DNA from: an uncultured Porphyromonadaceae bacterium
Lineage (GTDB): Bacteria; Bacteroidota; Bacteroidia; Bacteroidales; UBA12481
NCBI GenBank assembly: GCA_964547475.1
Contig: CAZJNQ010000008.1
Location: 239 to 64,238 of the forward strand
DNA length: 64,000 nucleotides
Direction of reading: 5' to 3'
A program made the position numbers and the translations under genes. The notes under the pieces were generated by a model that saw only the letters and a program-made list of their open reading frames with translations, made no database searches and was not told where the DNA came from. Shown here piece by piece: positions 46,803 to 56,293 of this stretch. The stretch's first letter is position 1. The number at the start of each line of letters is the position of its first letter.

Positions 46803-49259
46803 TCAGAAATTGGCCTGTAATTTAATATTCAATCTTCTGCCTGTAAGATAGTTGTCAACGGCGTACAACCGGTTTGCAATATCCTTGATCCAGATATGTG
46901 ACATGGTGTTATTGGTATCCAATAGGTTGAAAACTTCCAGGCTCAACCACAGGGATTCGAAATGCTTCAGGAACCGGTTGGACGATTGCCGGGTGCCGTC
47001 AATCAGTATCTTGGAGAAACCAAGATCAACCCGGCGATAAGGTGGCATGCGAACCCCTGATTTAAGTACCTGGTTGCCGGGAGGACCGAAAGGAAGGCCC
47101 GATCCGAACAACAGGCTGAGGTGGGCTTTATAGGAACGGTTATTGGGAAGGTAATCCTGAAAAAAAAGAGCCACATTGACGCGCTGGTCCGTAGGCCGGG
47201 GAATATAACCGACCGTATCACCCTCAATGTCTTCCTGGGTCTTCATGATGGATAGGTTCGCCCAGGATTCTATGCCGGGCACAAATTCACCGTTGACCTT
47301 CAGATCCAGGCCGGTGGCATACCCATAGGACAAATTTCCTCCGTAATATCGTATCCTGACATTATCCACTTCATAAGGGATCAGGTCCCAGAGGTATTTA
47401 TAGTAAAGTTCGGTAGTGAACTTGAACGGACGGTCCCAGGCCATGAAATAATAATCGGTTCCTGCAACCAGATGGTATGACTTTTGGGATTTGACATCCG
47501 GATTTAGCTCACCCGCCAGGTTCCTGAATTCCTTGAATAACGGGGGTTGATGGTAGGCACCTGCCGCAAGCCTGAATTGCAGGTCTTTTTCCCATGAAGG
47601 CAGGAAAGCGACCGATAAGCGGGGGCTGATCAGCCACTCTCCGTTAATATCCGTGTAAGTCGCGCGGATCCCCCCGGTCAGTACCAGTTTCCCGTTTTTT
47701 AGAAGCCAGTCGTAAGAATCCCTGAGGTACCCGTTAAACTGGTTGTTCAAGAGTTTTCCTTCAGCAAAATGAGTCTGCCAGAGCTCGATCACCGAATCTG
47801 AGTAGGGCAGGGAATAGCCGGCCGAATCCATCAGGGTCCATTCTTCAATGCGGTCCGTGAATGAACTGTGCTGCAGGCGGGCCCCCCACTGAACGGAATG
47901 TTGGCCTGCGAGCCATTTTCCCTTATAATCGAAACTGATAACATTCGCATCTAATTTATTACGTGCATGATCCAGGTAAGATCCGATGCCGATATTCAAG
48001 ATGCTGTCCGCAAAACTGTCGGAATGTAATTGCTTGTCAAGCTCATTTAAGGCGTATTGCCCCAAAATATCGAAGGATTCGGATTCTTCAGTCCGGAATG
48101 CCGATAGGATCCATTTCATTTCCAGGTTGTCGGAAGGATGATAGGTAGTGGTGGCTGCACCCAGGTAAGTGGTAAACTCATCCAATTCCTGTCCCTCGAA
48201 CCAGACCTTGAACTGAATGGCCTCGTTGACGGTTCCGAAGGAGGTTTCTCTCGTGACGGGAACAAAATCGTATGTGTTTTTGGCAATATTTCCCAGGAAA
48301 CTGATCTCCCAGGCATCAGTGAGATCGTAGGTCAGGTAAGTCTGGATATCAAAAAACCGGGGATTGTAGTCACCTTCCGTTTCCAGACTGTTCAATAAAT
48401 ACTTGTTTGTTTTGTAGCGGACTCCGGTTATATGGGAAAAACGGTGATTCTTATTGCTTCCTTCCAGGTGAAGACTACCGCCCATCAGGCTGGCAGAGAA
48501 AGATCCGGCAAAGTAGGCCGGTTTCTTATACCTGATGTCCAGGACCGATGACATCCGGTCGCCATATTTAGTGTCAAAACCGCCGGCTGAAAACAGGACC
48601 GAGGAAACCAGATCGGGATTGATAAAACTCAGCCCTTCCTGCTGCCCCGACCGGATCAGGAATGGACGGTAAATCTCGATATCATTCACATAAACCAGGT
48701 TTTCATCAAAGCTGCCTCCCCTGACTGAATATTGCGAACTCAATTCATTGGAAGAGACCACGCCCATCATGGTTTTCACGATGCTTTCAAAACTTCCGGA
48801 TGCATTGGGCAACACCTGAATGGCTTTTGGATCGATCCGCGTCAGGTTGGAACCCGGGTCCCTGTCAGCGATGATGACAACTTCCCCGACCGGTTCAAGC
48901 GCAGCCTGAAGAATAATAGTCAGCCGGATATCCGCCGGATTATCATATTCGGATGGTTTGATTGTCAATTCCTTCCGGGAGTAGCCGATCCTGGAAATGG
49001 ATAAAAGGATTTCATTCTTTGAAGTGGTGTTCAACTGGAAATAGCCGGTTGCTGAGGAAATTGCACCAATTGAAGTCCCCAGGACGGATATGTTGGCAAG
49101 ATCGACAGGGTTTCCAGAACTTTCTTTTATGTATCCGGATAGGTGAATCAGACCTTGTCCGGATAAATTAGAACCGGTCAATGCCAGAACGCATAGAAAA
49201 GAGAATATCCGGATGGCTGACCTGGATCTGCAGGCAAGATCATTTTTTCTTGAAATCAC
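46803..49259 (-). CDS. TonB-dependent-receptor-like outer-membrane protein with N-terminal carboxypeptidase-regulatory-like domain (possibly PorF-like)
   Basis: Plug motif SSQYSVRGGSFDEN...SAGGF...SSVLDI, barrel strands, C-terminal F; GTG start uncertain. Confidence 0.82.
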   Translation of the reverse strand: MISRKNDLACRSRSAIRIFSFLCVLALTGSNLSGQGLIHLSGYIKESSGNPVDLANISVLGTSIGAISSATGYFQLNTTSKNEILLSISRIGYSRKELTIKPSEYDNPADIRLTIILQAALEPVGEVVIIADRDPGSNLTRIDPKAIQVLPNASGSFESIVKTMMGVVSSNELSSQYSVRGGSFDENLVYVNDIEIYRPFLIRSGQQEGLSFINPDLVSSVLFSAGGFDTKYGDRMSSVLDIRYKKPAYFAGSFSASLMGGSLHLEGSNKNHRFSHITGVRYKTNKYLLNSLETEGDYNPRFFDIQTYLTYDLTDAWEISFLGNIAKNTYDFVPVTRETSFGTVNEAIQFKVWFEGQELDEFTTYLGAATTTYHPSDNLEMKWILSAFRTEESESFDILGQYALNELDKQLHSDSFADSILNIGIGSYLDHARNKLDANVISFDYKGKWLAGQHSVQWGARLQHSSFTDRIEEWTLMDSAGYSLPYSDSVIELWQTHFAEGKLLNNQFNGYLRDSYDWLLKNGKLVLTGGIRATYTDINGEWLISPRLSVAFLPSWEKDLQFRLAAGAYHQPPLFKEFRNLAGELNPDVKSQKSYHLVAGTDYYFMAWDRPFKFTTELYYKYLWDLIPYEVDNVRIRYYGGNLSYGYATGLDLKVNGEFVPGIESWANLSIMKTQEDIEGDTVGYIPRPTDQRVNVALFFQDYLPNNRSYKAHLSLLFGSGLPFGPPGNQVLKSGVRMPPYRRVDLGFSKILIDGTRQSSNRFLKHFESLWLSLEVFNLLDTNNTMSHIWIKDIANRLYAVDNYLTGRRLNIKLQANF

Positions 49260-49884
49260 CGTCTTTCAAAGCTTTAAAGAATTGAGCCCAGGCCAGTGGA
49301 TTGGTTATGCTAACCGGTGGCAACTGACCTGCCCAGTATAAACGGTCATTGTATACTTTCATTGTATTCCGGAAGGCCATGGATGGTGTCGGAGGAGCGT
49401 CAATCAGCATGGCTTTAAGATTCATCATGTTCAGGTTCTTTACGGCCCTGTCAAGGTCGGTTGTTGGAAGTTCGTAAGCCAGCACGGCCTGCTTGAACCT
49501 TTCATAATTGCCCTGCCAGGGTTTGATGACCAGTTCGCGGAGCTGAATCGTGTCCTGCACCATTTCGACCGGGATAAAAGGGTATTTGACTGAAAAAGTA
49601 TCCCTGACTATCAAGGTATAATACTTGAATCCAACAGCCCTGAAGAGGATCGTATCATTGACCTCCGCCGGAAAATTAAATTGGCCCTGTAAGTCACTGG
49701 CAGTAGCCAGCCTTTTATTAACCAGGATGATATGAACATAAGGAACAGGCTCCTGGTTTTCCGTACAGGTCCGTCCGCTGAGGTGTATGATATTGGTTTT
49801 CTCCTTTTCCTGGGCAAAGCTTTCTGCGGTGCGGAAGATAAAGCAGACCGCCAATAGCATGAGGATTCCTGGAATGAGTTTCAT
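49240..49884 (-). CDS. Carboxypeptidase-regulatory-like domain protein
   Basis: MKLIPG signal peptide from ATG 49884; EPVPYVHI...SDLQGQF...DTILFRAVGF; TATATTTG box at 49891-49898 (-). Confidence 0.8.
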   Translation of the reverse strand: MKLIPGILMLLAVCFIFRTAESFAQEKEKTNIIHLSGRTCTENQEPVPYVHIILVNKRLATASDLQGQFNFPAEVNDTILFRAVGFKYYTLIVRDTFSVKYPFIPVEMVQDTIQLRELVIKPWQGNYERFKQAVLAYELPTTDLDRAVKNLNMMNLKAMLIDAPPTPSMAFRNTMKVYNDRLYWAGQLPPVSITNPLAWAQFFKALKDGDFKKK

Positions 49885-49987
49885 ATGAGGCAAATATACC
49901 TGAAAACGGTTGCTGTCCAAGAAAATTATGGCTACATTTGTATTAGGCAGCAAAAACAAGCTGCCTTTTTGATACAACTTATCAGCA

Positions 49988-51586
49988 ATGGGAAAACTGG
50001 TCTTGTTAGGGGCAGAGGCAATAGGCCAGGCTGCCTTGGACACGGGTATTTCTGGCATATACTCGTATCCAGGAACTCCATCCACCGAGATTACGGAATA
50101 TGTGCAGACAAGCAGGCAGGCTTTGGAGAATGGGATTCATTGCTCCTGGTCGGCCAACGAAAAAACAGCGCTTGAATCTGCTTTGGGCATGTCCTATGCC
50201 GGGAAAAGAGCAATGGTTTGCATGAAGCATGTCGGTCTTAATGTTGCAGCCGATGGATTTATCAATGCAGCGATAACGGGCACGGGCGGAGGCTTTATTG
50301 TCACGGTTGCAGATGATCCATCCATGCATTCATCACAGAATGAGCAGGATTCGAGGTTTTACGCTGATTTTGCCCAGCTGCCGGTTTTAGAGCCTTCAAG
50401 CCAGCAGGAGGCTTATGATATGGTATTCGCAGGATTTGAACTTTCAGAGAAATTTTCTCTCCCGGTGATGATCAGGATAACCACCAGACTGTCCCATTCC
50501 AGAGCCCTGGTAACAACCCGGTCACCGCGCGAAAGAAATCCGTTGAAACTTCCGGAAGATCCCAGACAGTTTGTTTTACTTCCTGCCATAGCCAGGAGAA
50601 GATACCGCAATCTGCTTAATATGCAGGATTCACTGCAGGAAGTAGCCTTCAAATCAGAATTCAACCGACTGGAGGCAGGAACTGACCCTTCATTCGGAAT
50701 TATTTCCTGCGGCCTGGCTTACAATTATGTTCAGGAGAATTTTCCCGGAGGGATCCCATACCCGATTCTTAAAATTACCCACTATCCTGCACCGGTAAAA
50801 ATGATCAAGATGCTGGCTGGGCTGACTTCAACCGTGCTGGTACTGGAGGAAGGCTATCCTTTCCTGGAAAGCAAGCTGAGGGGACTGCTTGATGATTCGG
50901 GTCTGGTCATCAAAGGACGGCTCGATGGTACGATTCCGCGCGATGGTGAACTCAATCCGGATTTGGTGGCTAAAGCATTGGGCCTGCCGGTGCGGGAGGG
51001 ACCGGATGTCCCCGGATTCCTGGCCAACAGGCCTCCGTCAATGTGCAAAGGCTGCGGGCACATAGATACTTACAATGCCTTATTGGTAGCGCTGTCAGGT
51101 TTCGATCCGGGTCGAACCTTTTCCGATATTGGCTGCTATACACTGGCAGCTATGCCTCCATTTAACGCGATTAACAGTTGTGTCGACATGGGTGCTTCCG
51201 TAACCATGGCTAAAGGTGCGGCGGATGCCGGTCTGATTCCTTCCGTTGCCTTTATCGGAGATTCTACTTTTACTCATTCCGGTATGACCGGTCTGCTCGA
51301 TGCAGTCAACGAGAATAGTCCCATCACGGTCATCATTTCTGATAATGAGACGACGGGGATGACCGGTGGGCAGACTTCTTCAGCCACAGGCAGGATTGAA
51401 AGCATTTGTCGCGGCATTGGCGTTCCTGATGAACATTTAAGGGTCATAGTGCCACTTCGCAAAAACCACGATGAAAATGTCGCCATTATCCGGGAAGAAC
51501 TCAACCATCCGGGGATTTCGGTGATCATCAGCCGTCGTGAATGCATCCAAACGGCTTCCCGTAGATTAAAAAAGCAGAAAGCTTAA
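49988..51586 (+). CDS. iorA: Indolepyruvate:ferredoxin oxidoreductase alpha subunit
   Basis: YPGTPSTE, NEKTALE, MKHVGLNVA, SQNEQDSR, CKGCGH, DIGCY, GDSTF...DN (TPP); TACATTTG box at 49933-49940. Confidence 0.93.
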   Translation: MGKLVLLGAEAIGQAALDTGISGIYSYPGTPSTEITEYVQTSRQALENGIHCSWSANEKTALESALGMSYAGKRAMVCMKHVGLNVAADGFINAAITGTGGGFIVTVADDPSMHSSQNEQDSRFYADFAQLPVLEPSSQQEAYDMVFAGFELSEKFSLPVMIRITTRLSHSRALVTTRSPRERNPLKLPEDPRQFVLLPAIARRRYRNLLNMQDSLQEVAFKSEFNRLEAGTDPSFGIISCGLAYNYVQENFPGGIPYPILKITHYPAPVKMIKMLAGLTSTVLVLEEGYPFLESKLRGLLDDSGLVIKGRLDGTIPRDGELNPDLVAKALGLPVREGPDVPGFLANRPPSMCKGCGHIDTYNALLVALSGFDPGRTFSDIGCYTLAAMPPFNAINSCVDMGASVTMAKGAADAGLIPSVAFIGDSTFTHSGMTGLLDAVNENSPITVIISDNETTGMTGGQTSSATGRIESICRGIGVPDEHLRVIVPLRKNHDENVAIIREELNHPGISVIISRRECIQTASRRLKKQKA

Positions 51587-51598
51587 ACCCCATCGACC

Positions 51599-52171
51599 AT
51601 GAAAACGGATATTATTTTAGCCGGAGTGGGGGGGCAAGGTATCCTGACCATAGCCTCCGTTATCGGATTTGCTTCTCTGGAAGAAAAAATGTACATCAAG
51701 CAATCAGAGGTCCATGGTATGAGTCAACGTGGTGGTGCCGTGGAATCACATCTGCGTATTTCTTCCCAGCCAATAGCATCGGTTCTGATCCCTCACGGTT
51801 CGGCCGACCTGATCCTTTCGGCAGAGCCGATGGAAGCCCTCCGTTACCTCCCGTTCCTCTCACCTGACGGATGGATTATTACGAATGCGGTTCCATACCT
51901 GAATATTCCGGACTATCCTTCACTGGAGCAGATCGAAAAAGAAGTGAAGAAAATGGAAAACAGCCTCTGGCTGGATGCGGAACAGGTAGCCAGGGACTGC
52001 GGTTCACCCAAGTCTTCCAATATCGTTATGCTGGGCGCGGCGTCCGGTCAAATCGGACTAAACCTTTCTTCGCTTCAGAAGGGTATTGTTGCGGTATTCG
52101 GCAAGAAGGGCCGGGATATCGTTGAGGTCAACCTGCGGGCGCTCGAAGCCGGACGTTCTTTCAGCAGGTAA
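51599..52171 (+). CDS. iorB: Indolepyruvate:ferredoxin oxidoreductase beta subunit
   Basis: GVGGQG, SEVHGMSQRGG, EPMEALR, NIVMLGA. Confidence 0.93.
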   Translation: MKTDIILAGVGGQGILTIASVIGFASLEEKMYIKQSEVHGMSQRGGAVESHLRISSQPIASVLIPHGSADLILSAEPMEALRYLPFLSPDGWIITNAVPYLNIPDYPSLEQIEKEVKKMENSLWLDAEQVARDCGSPKSSNIVMLGAASGQIGLNLSSLQKGIVAVFGKKGRDIVEVNLRALEAGRSFSR

Positions 52172-52182
52172 CCGTTTCAAAG

Positions 52183-53088
52183 CTACCAGATCCGGAACGG
52201 ATAAAGTCCTGATTCATGCATTCCTTTCAGCTTGTTCTGAACGTCGGCTTTGTCCGCCTGATAGGTTACGCCGAACCATTCAGCCTGGTTTTCCAGTACC
52301 TTGGTTTTAATGATGCCTTTGACAATCAACTTATTGACAACATACGGGATGTAAAATTCCGATTTAGGCTCCTGCCCGAACTCCTTTAAAAAAACCGAGA
52401 AGAGTGAACTGAATGATTGCAGAATGGCTGGCGTGAAACCCCAGAAGTTCATGGAAACTATTTCAGTTCCTTTGAGAAATTGCTCACTGTTTGACTCATC
52501 CAGGAAAAAGATGCCATCGTTCCGGCGCTCGATGTGTGTCCGTTCAACCACCCCGGTCAGGTTACCTGATGGATCAACGGTGCAGATTCCTCTGGAAACG
52601 GCTCCGAATTCGGATAAAGTGTTCGCAATGGGATAACCCACCATGGATTGGATTCCGAGGTCTGATGGATCCAGGATCGATAAAAACCGGCTCATTACCT
52701 TGAAAGCATCCTTTCCGTAATAGTCATCTCCATTAATCACGGCAAACGGTTCCCGAAGCTTGGACGACGCTGTAATGACCGCATGTCCGGTTCCCCAGGG
52801 TTTTGCTCTTTCAGGGTTGACCTTTATTCCCGCCGGTATGTCGGTCAGCCGTTGTACTACATGGTCAACTTCAATGCGGGACTTGTAGCGATTGGCAAAA
52901 AGGTCGTAGAAGTTCCCCACGATCTCTTCCCTCAGTACAAAGACCACCTTACCGAATCCCGACTCAACAGCGTCGTAAACCGAGTAGTCAATTATAGATT
53001 CACCATGCGGCCCTAAACGGTCCATCTGTTTCAGGCTGCCGTACCGGCTGCCTATTCCTGCTGCCAGGATGAGCAAAGTTGGTTTCAT
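52183..53088 (-). CDS. Sugar-phosphate nucleotidyltransferase family protein
   Basis: LILAAGIGSRYG.LKQ, KPWGTGHA, VINGDDYYG, SMNFWGF. Confidence 0.88.
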   Translation of the reverse strand: MKPTLLILAAGIGSRYGSLKQMDRLGPHGESIIDYSVYDAVESGFGKVVFVLREEIVGNFYDLFANRYKSRIEVDHVVQRLTDIPAGIKVNPERAKPWGTGHAVITASSKLREPFAVINGDDYYGKDAFKVMSRFLSILDPSDLGIQSMVGYPIANTLSEFGAVSRGICTVDPSGNLTGVVERTHIERRNDGIFFLDESNSEQFLKGTEIVSMNFWGFTPAILQSFSSLFSVFLKEFGQEPKSEFYIPYVVNKLIVKGIIKTKVLENQAEWFGVTYQADKADVQNKLKGMHESGLYPFRIW

Positions 53089-53203
53089 GTCTTGAATGAT
53101 TTATAAAAGGGATTAAAATTAATAATCCTTGGCTTTTTTGACAGGATTTTCCGGATCGGTTCCTTTTTGCTTATTTTAGATCAGAATACAAATTTTAAAT
53201 ACC

Positions 53204-53383
53204 ATGGAACACACTAAAATGATCATTGAGGCAATGAGCAAGGCCGGAAAAGCAGTCAAGGCAGGAGACCTGGTTAACCTCACCGGCCTGACAAGGGAAG
53301 AGGTTGACAAGGCTCTTAAGCAGTTAAAGAAAGAAGAAAAGATTTCATCACCTAAGGCCTGTTTTTGGGAACCCAAAAAATGA
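53204..53383 (+). CDS. Small (59 aa) winged-helix DNA-binding protein
   Basis: Not in the ORF track. MEHTKMIIEAMSKAGKAVKAGDLVNLTGLTREEVDKALKQLKKEEKISSPKACFWEPKK shows an HTH-plus-wing pattern; its stop overlaps the next ATG (ATGA). Confidence 0.8.
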   Translation: MEHTKMIIEAMSKAGKAVKAGDLVNLTGLTREEVDKALKQLKKEEKISSPKACFWEPKK

Positions 53384-54525
53384 GACCGCAACTGTTAAGA
53401 ATCACCGGAATCGGGGTTGTCATACTACTTGCGGCAGGATTAATATCTTGTCGCAAAACCGGTAACGGCACCCTGAATAAAGAAATGGACCTGCCCCCAA
53501 AGCCTGAACCCAGCGGGTATGTCTGTTATCGGACAGGAAGCGTGATAACCGTTGATGGAAAGATCGGTGAACCCGACTGGATAACTGCGCCCTGGACGGA
53601 ATATTTCGTGGATATCGAGGGACTGGGAAAACCTGTTCCCAGGTTTAACACCCGTGTAAAAATGCTTTGGGATTCCGCGAATCTTTATATTGCCGCTGAA
53701 CTGGAGGAACCTCACTTGTGGGCACGTTTAAAGCGGAGGGATACCGTTATTTTTTATGACCATGATTTTGAGGTATTTATCGATCCTGATGGAGATACTC
53801 ATGGTTATTATGAGTTGGAGGTCAATGCTTTGGGAACAGCCTGGGACCTGCTCCTGCCGAAACCCTACCGTGACGGTGGCCCGGCCATTGACAGCTGGGA
53901 TATTCAGGGACTTCAGGTTGGAATCAGCCTACAGGGTACTTTGAACGATCCGGCCGATATCGATCAGGGATGGACCGTCGAAATAGGACTCCCGTGGGAA
54001 GTTTTGAACGAGTATGCCGGAGACGCGAAGTCACCGGGACAGGGTGACCAATGGAGGATCAATTTTTCAAGAGTTGAATGGCGTACCCTGATAAACGGGG
54101 AAACCTATGCAAAGGAAATTAATCCTGCCACCGGAAAACCTTACCCCGAAGACAACTGGGTATGGTCACCTCAGGGACGGATCAATATACATATGCCCGA
54201 AATGTGGGGTTATGTGCAATTCTCGCAGCTTGTTTCCGGAACAGGCAGAGAAATGTTTATCCCTGATCCTGATTTGGACACCAAGTGGGCTTTACGAATG
54301 ATCTATTATAGACAAATCAGTTATCAGTCACAATATCAGACGTTTGCCAAAAAAATCAAAGCCTTGGGCCTAACGCGGGAGGATTTTCCCTCATCCTCTG
54401 CATTTCCACAGCTGCAAGCTACGGACAGGACTTTTGAAGCCTGGATTCCACAGGCAGAAAACTCTGCTCCCTGGTCCATACGTGAGAACGGGAGATTGCT
54501 TCGGCGGCAACCCGGTGGGAAGTAG
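53380..54525 (+). CDS. CBM9-like carbohydrate-binding lipoprotein
   Basis: Lipobox LISC; VDGKIGEPDW, TRVKMLWD, FEVFIDP, WTVEI, WRINFSRV, NWVWSPQG. Confidence 0.82.
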   Translation: MRPQLLRITGIGVVILLAAGLISCRKTGNGTLNKEMDLPPKPEPSGYVCYRTGSVITVDGKIGEPDWITAPWTEYFVDIEGLGKPVPRFNTRVKMLWDSANLYIAAELEEPHLWARLKRRDTVIFYDHDFEVFIDPDGDTHGYYELEVNALGTAWDLLLPKPYRDGGPAIDSWDIQGLQVGISLQGTLNDPADIDQGWTVEIGLPWEVLNEYAGDAKSPGQGDQWRINFSRVEWRTLINGETYAKEINPATGKPYPEDNWVWSPQGRINIHMPEMWGYVQFSQLVSGTGREMFIPDPDLDTKWALRMIYYRQISYQSQYQTFAKKIKALGLTREDFPSSSAFPQLQATDRTFEAWIPQAENSAPWSIRENGRLLRRQPGGK

Positions 54526-54564
54526 GAACCGTTTTCTGAATTGGATGCTACGTCTCGGTTTGCT

Positions 54565-56109
54565 TTAACGTAAAGCTTCCTTGACAGTTATCCTTTTCCC
54601 GTTCTTATAAGCAACGATAAAAGCTGATAAAATCTTGGTCTGCTGGATGAAACGATCACGGAATTTAACAGCGTCATCGTAAGTCCTGAAAGATCCGACC
54701 GTATACTTATACCAGCCATCAACAAACTCTTCCTGGATGGTTTCTTTAATCCCGTACCTGGCTGCCAGCAGACTGGGTGCCTGCCTGCTGTCACGGAATG
54801 CACCGCACTGAACGCGAAATTCTATACCGGTCAATCCGACAGATGGCTGGATTTTTCCGGGTTCAGCAACCACTTTAACCGGTTCTTCAACTTTGACCGG
54901 GGCTACCTGCTCCTGAACCGGTTCCTCAACCGGCTTCGTCACAAAAAGGGTTTTATTGAAACGGATGATGCGCAATCCCTCAGGCTGCATATATTCCAAC
55001 CGGCCGCTGATTGTCTGGCTTCCTGCTACAGTCTTGGCGGTTGCAACCCGGTAACTGATTGACAGGATAGAATCAGCCGGCATCTGGTCCCATTCGATAA
55101 CGACATTCTGGTTGAAAAAACTAAATATTCCCATACCTGACTGGATTTCCTCAGCTATGAAACCTTCATTCAATTTCTGGATTAGCTTGGCTTCTCCCCT
55201 GTAATTACTCTTGTTGAGGCGTATCTTGACGTCGAAAGACTCACCGGCAATAACCGTTTCAGGAACAGTGCAGTCAACAAACAGATTGGTGACCGGGACT
55301 TTAGCGATAAGACCTTCGTCTATTTGCTTGACCGGTTCAGCTGGTTTCTCCGTCACTGGTTGAGCCGGCTTTTCTTTTACACTTGTCCCGTTCTTTATTC
55401 CGCCGATAGTATAGCGGATACCGAGAGTCGTAAGAGAATAAAAATCGTTAACATTGGAAAATCCTTTCAAACAATCCAGCACATCAGTATTGGTCATTCG
55501 GATGGAATGTTCCAGTTCAAGCTGGAAAGAGGGACTGATTTGATAAGCAATCCCCAGAGCCATGGGGACCGACATGGCGATTTGCCTGGCCGTGCGCGTG
55601 ACGCCGTCGTCGAGATAGCCGAATGTAGGTAAAATCACATTGTGTGTCTCTGCATTGCGCCTGGCCGAACGATAACCAACTGTTGCTATCCCGGCTGAAA
55701 TATAGGGTGACCATTTTGGCTCTTTGATCCTGAACAGGTAGATCGGATCGAACCGTGCCGAAATACTGAAATCGTTCAGTGAACCTGAGAAATAAGTCGA
55801 ATTGGCAGGAATATCCGGATCCTCGTATTGACTGTACAGGCTTCCGGCAACAAATTGCGCCTGGATTCCAAAATAGGGTTTGATCTGCTTGATGATTCCA
55901 AAACCGATCCCAAACATGGAACCGTCAGTCAGCTTTTTCAGGGGATTATAATCATTCTGACTCATATCCCCATAGAAGGACATAATTCCCGGGCTTAACT
56001 TAAGGGATAAGCCTTGAAGAATCTCCGGCTGTTGAGATTGTCCTGCCTGGGTGGACAGCAGCAAGGTCAACAGTGATAAAATCAGGGTTTTAAACGATTG
56101 GGTTTTCAT
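54565..56109 (-). CDS. Outer-membrane beta-barrel + Ig-like + SPOR-like domain protein
   Basis: Signal peptide; barrel (SFYGDM...TDVLD...GIRY); Pro-rich linkers; C-terminal FRVQCGAF...DGWYKYTVGSF...AFIVAYKNGKRI. Confidence 0.78.
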   Translation of the reverse strand: MKTQSFKTLILSLLTLLLSTQAGQSQQPEILQGLSLKLSPGIMSFYGDMSQNDYNPLKKLTDGSMFGIGFGIIKQIKPYFGIQAQFVAGSLYSQYEDPDIPANSTYFSGSLNDFSISARFDPIYLFRIKEPKWSPYISAGIATVGYRSARRNAETHNVILPTFGYLDDGVTRTARQIAMSVPMALGIAYQISPSFQLELEHSIRMTNTDVLDCLKGFSNVNDFYSLTTLGIRYTIGGIKNGTSVKEKPAQPVTEKPAEPVKQIDEGLIAKVPVTNLFVDCTVPETVIAGESFDVKIRLNKSNYRGEAKLIQKLNEGFIAEEIQSGMGIFSFFNQNVVIEWDQMPADSILSISYRVATAKTVAGSQTISGRLEYMQPEGLRIIRFNKTLFVTKPVEEPVQEQVAPVKVEEPVKVVAEPGKIQPSVGLTGIEFRVQCGAFRDSRQAPSLLAARYGIKETIQEEFVDGWYKYTVGSFRTYDDAVKFRDRFIQQTKILSAFIVAYKNGKRITVKEALR

Positions 56110-56293
56110 GGTTTTGGTATTGAATGTTAACCTGTTAACTATATTATTCCCAGTTTATTGAATTCAAAATAAAATTACGAATTGCTATCGGACTGTCCGT
56201 TCCGTTTTATCCAATAAACAGACCATTTATAAACTTTCTTATGAACAATACTGAAGGCGATTTTAGTATCTTAGCCCGACCAATAATAAGGCT

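Noticed and set aside
49885-50085. N-terminal extension of ORF 49240-50085 overlapping iorA
   Set aside because: The signal peptide and -7 box point to ATG 49884. Similar over-long starts were trimmed at 1165, 4769, 6547, 18431, 19038, 21034, 21471, 38908, 40415 and 53365.
53176-53391. 71-aa minus-strand ORF in the track
   Set aside because: It is antisense to the better-supported 59-aa winged-helix gene at 53204-53383.
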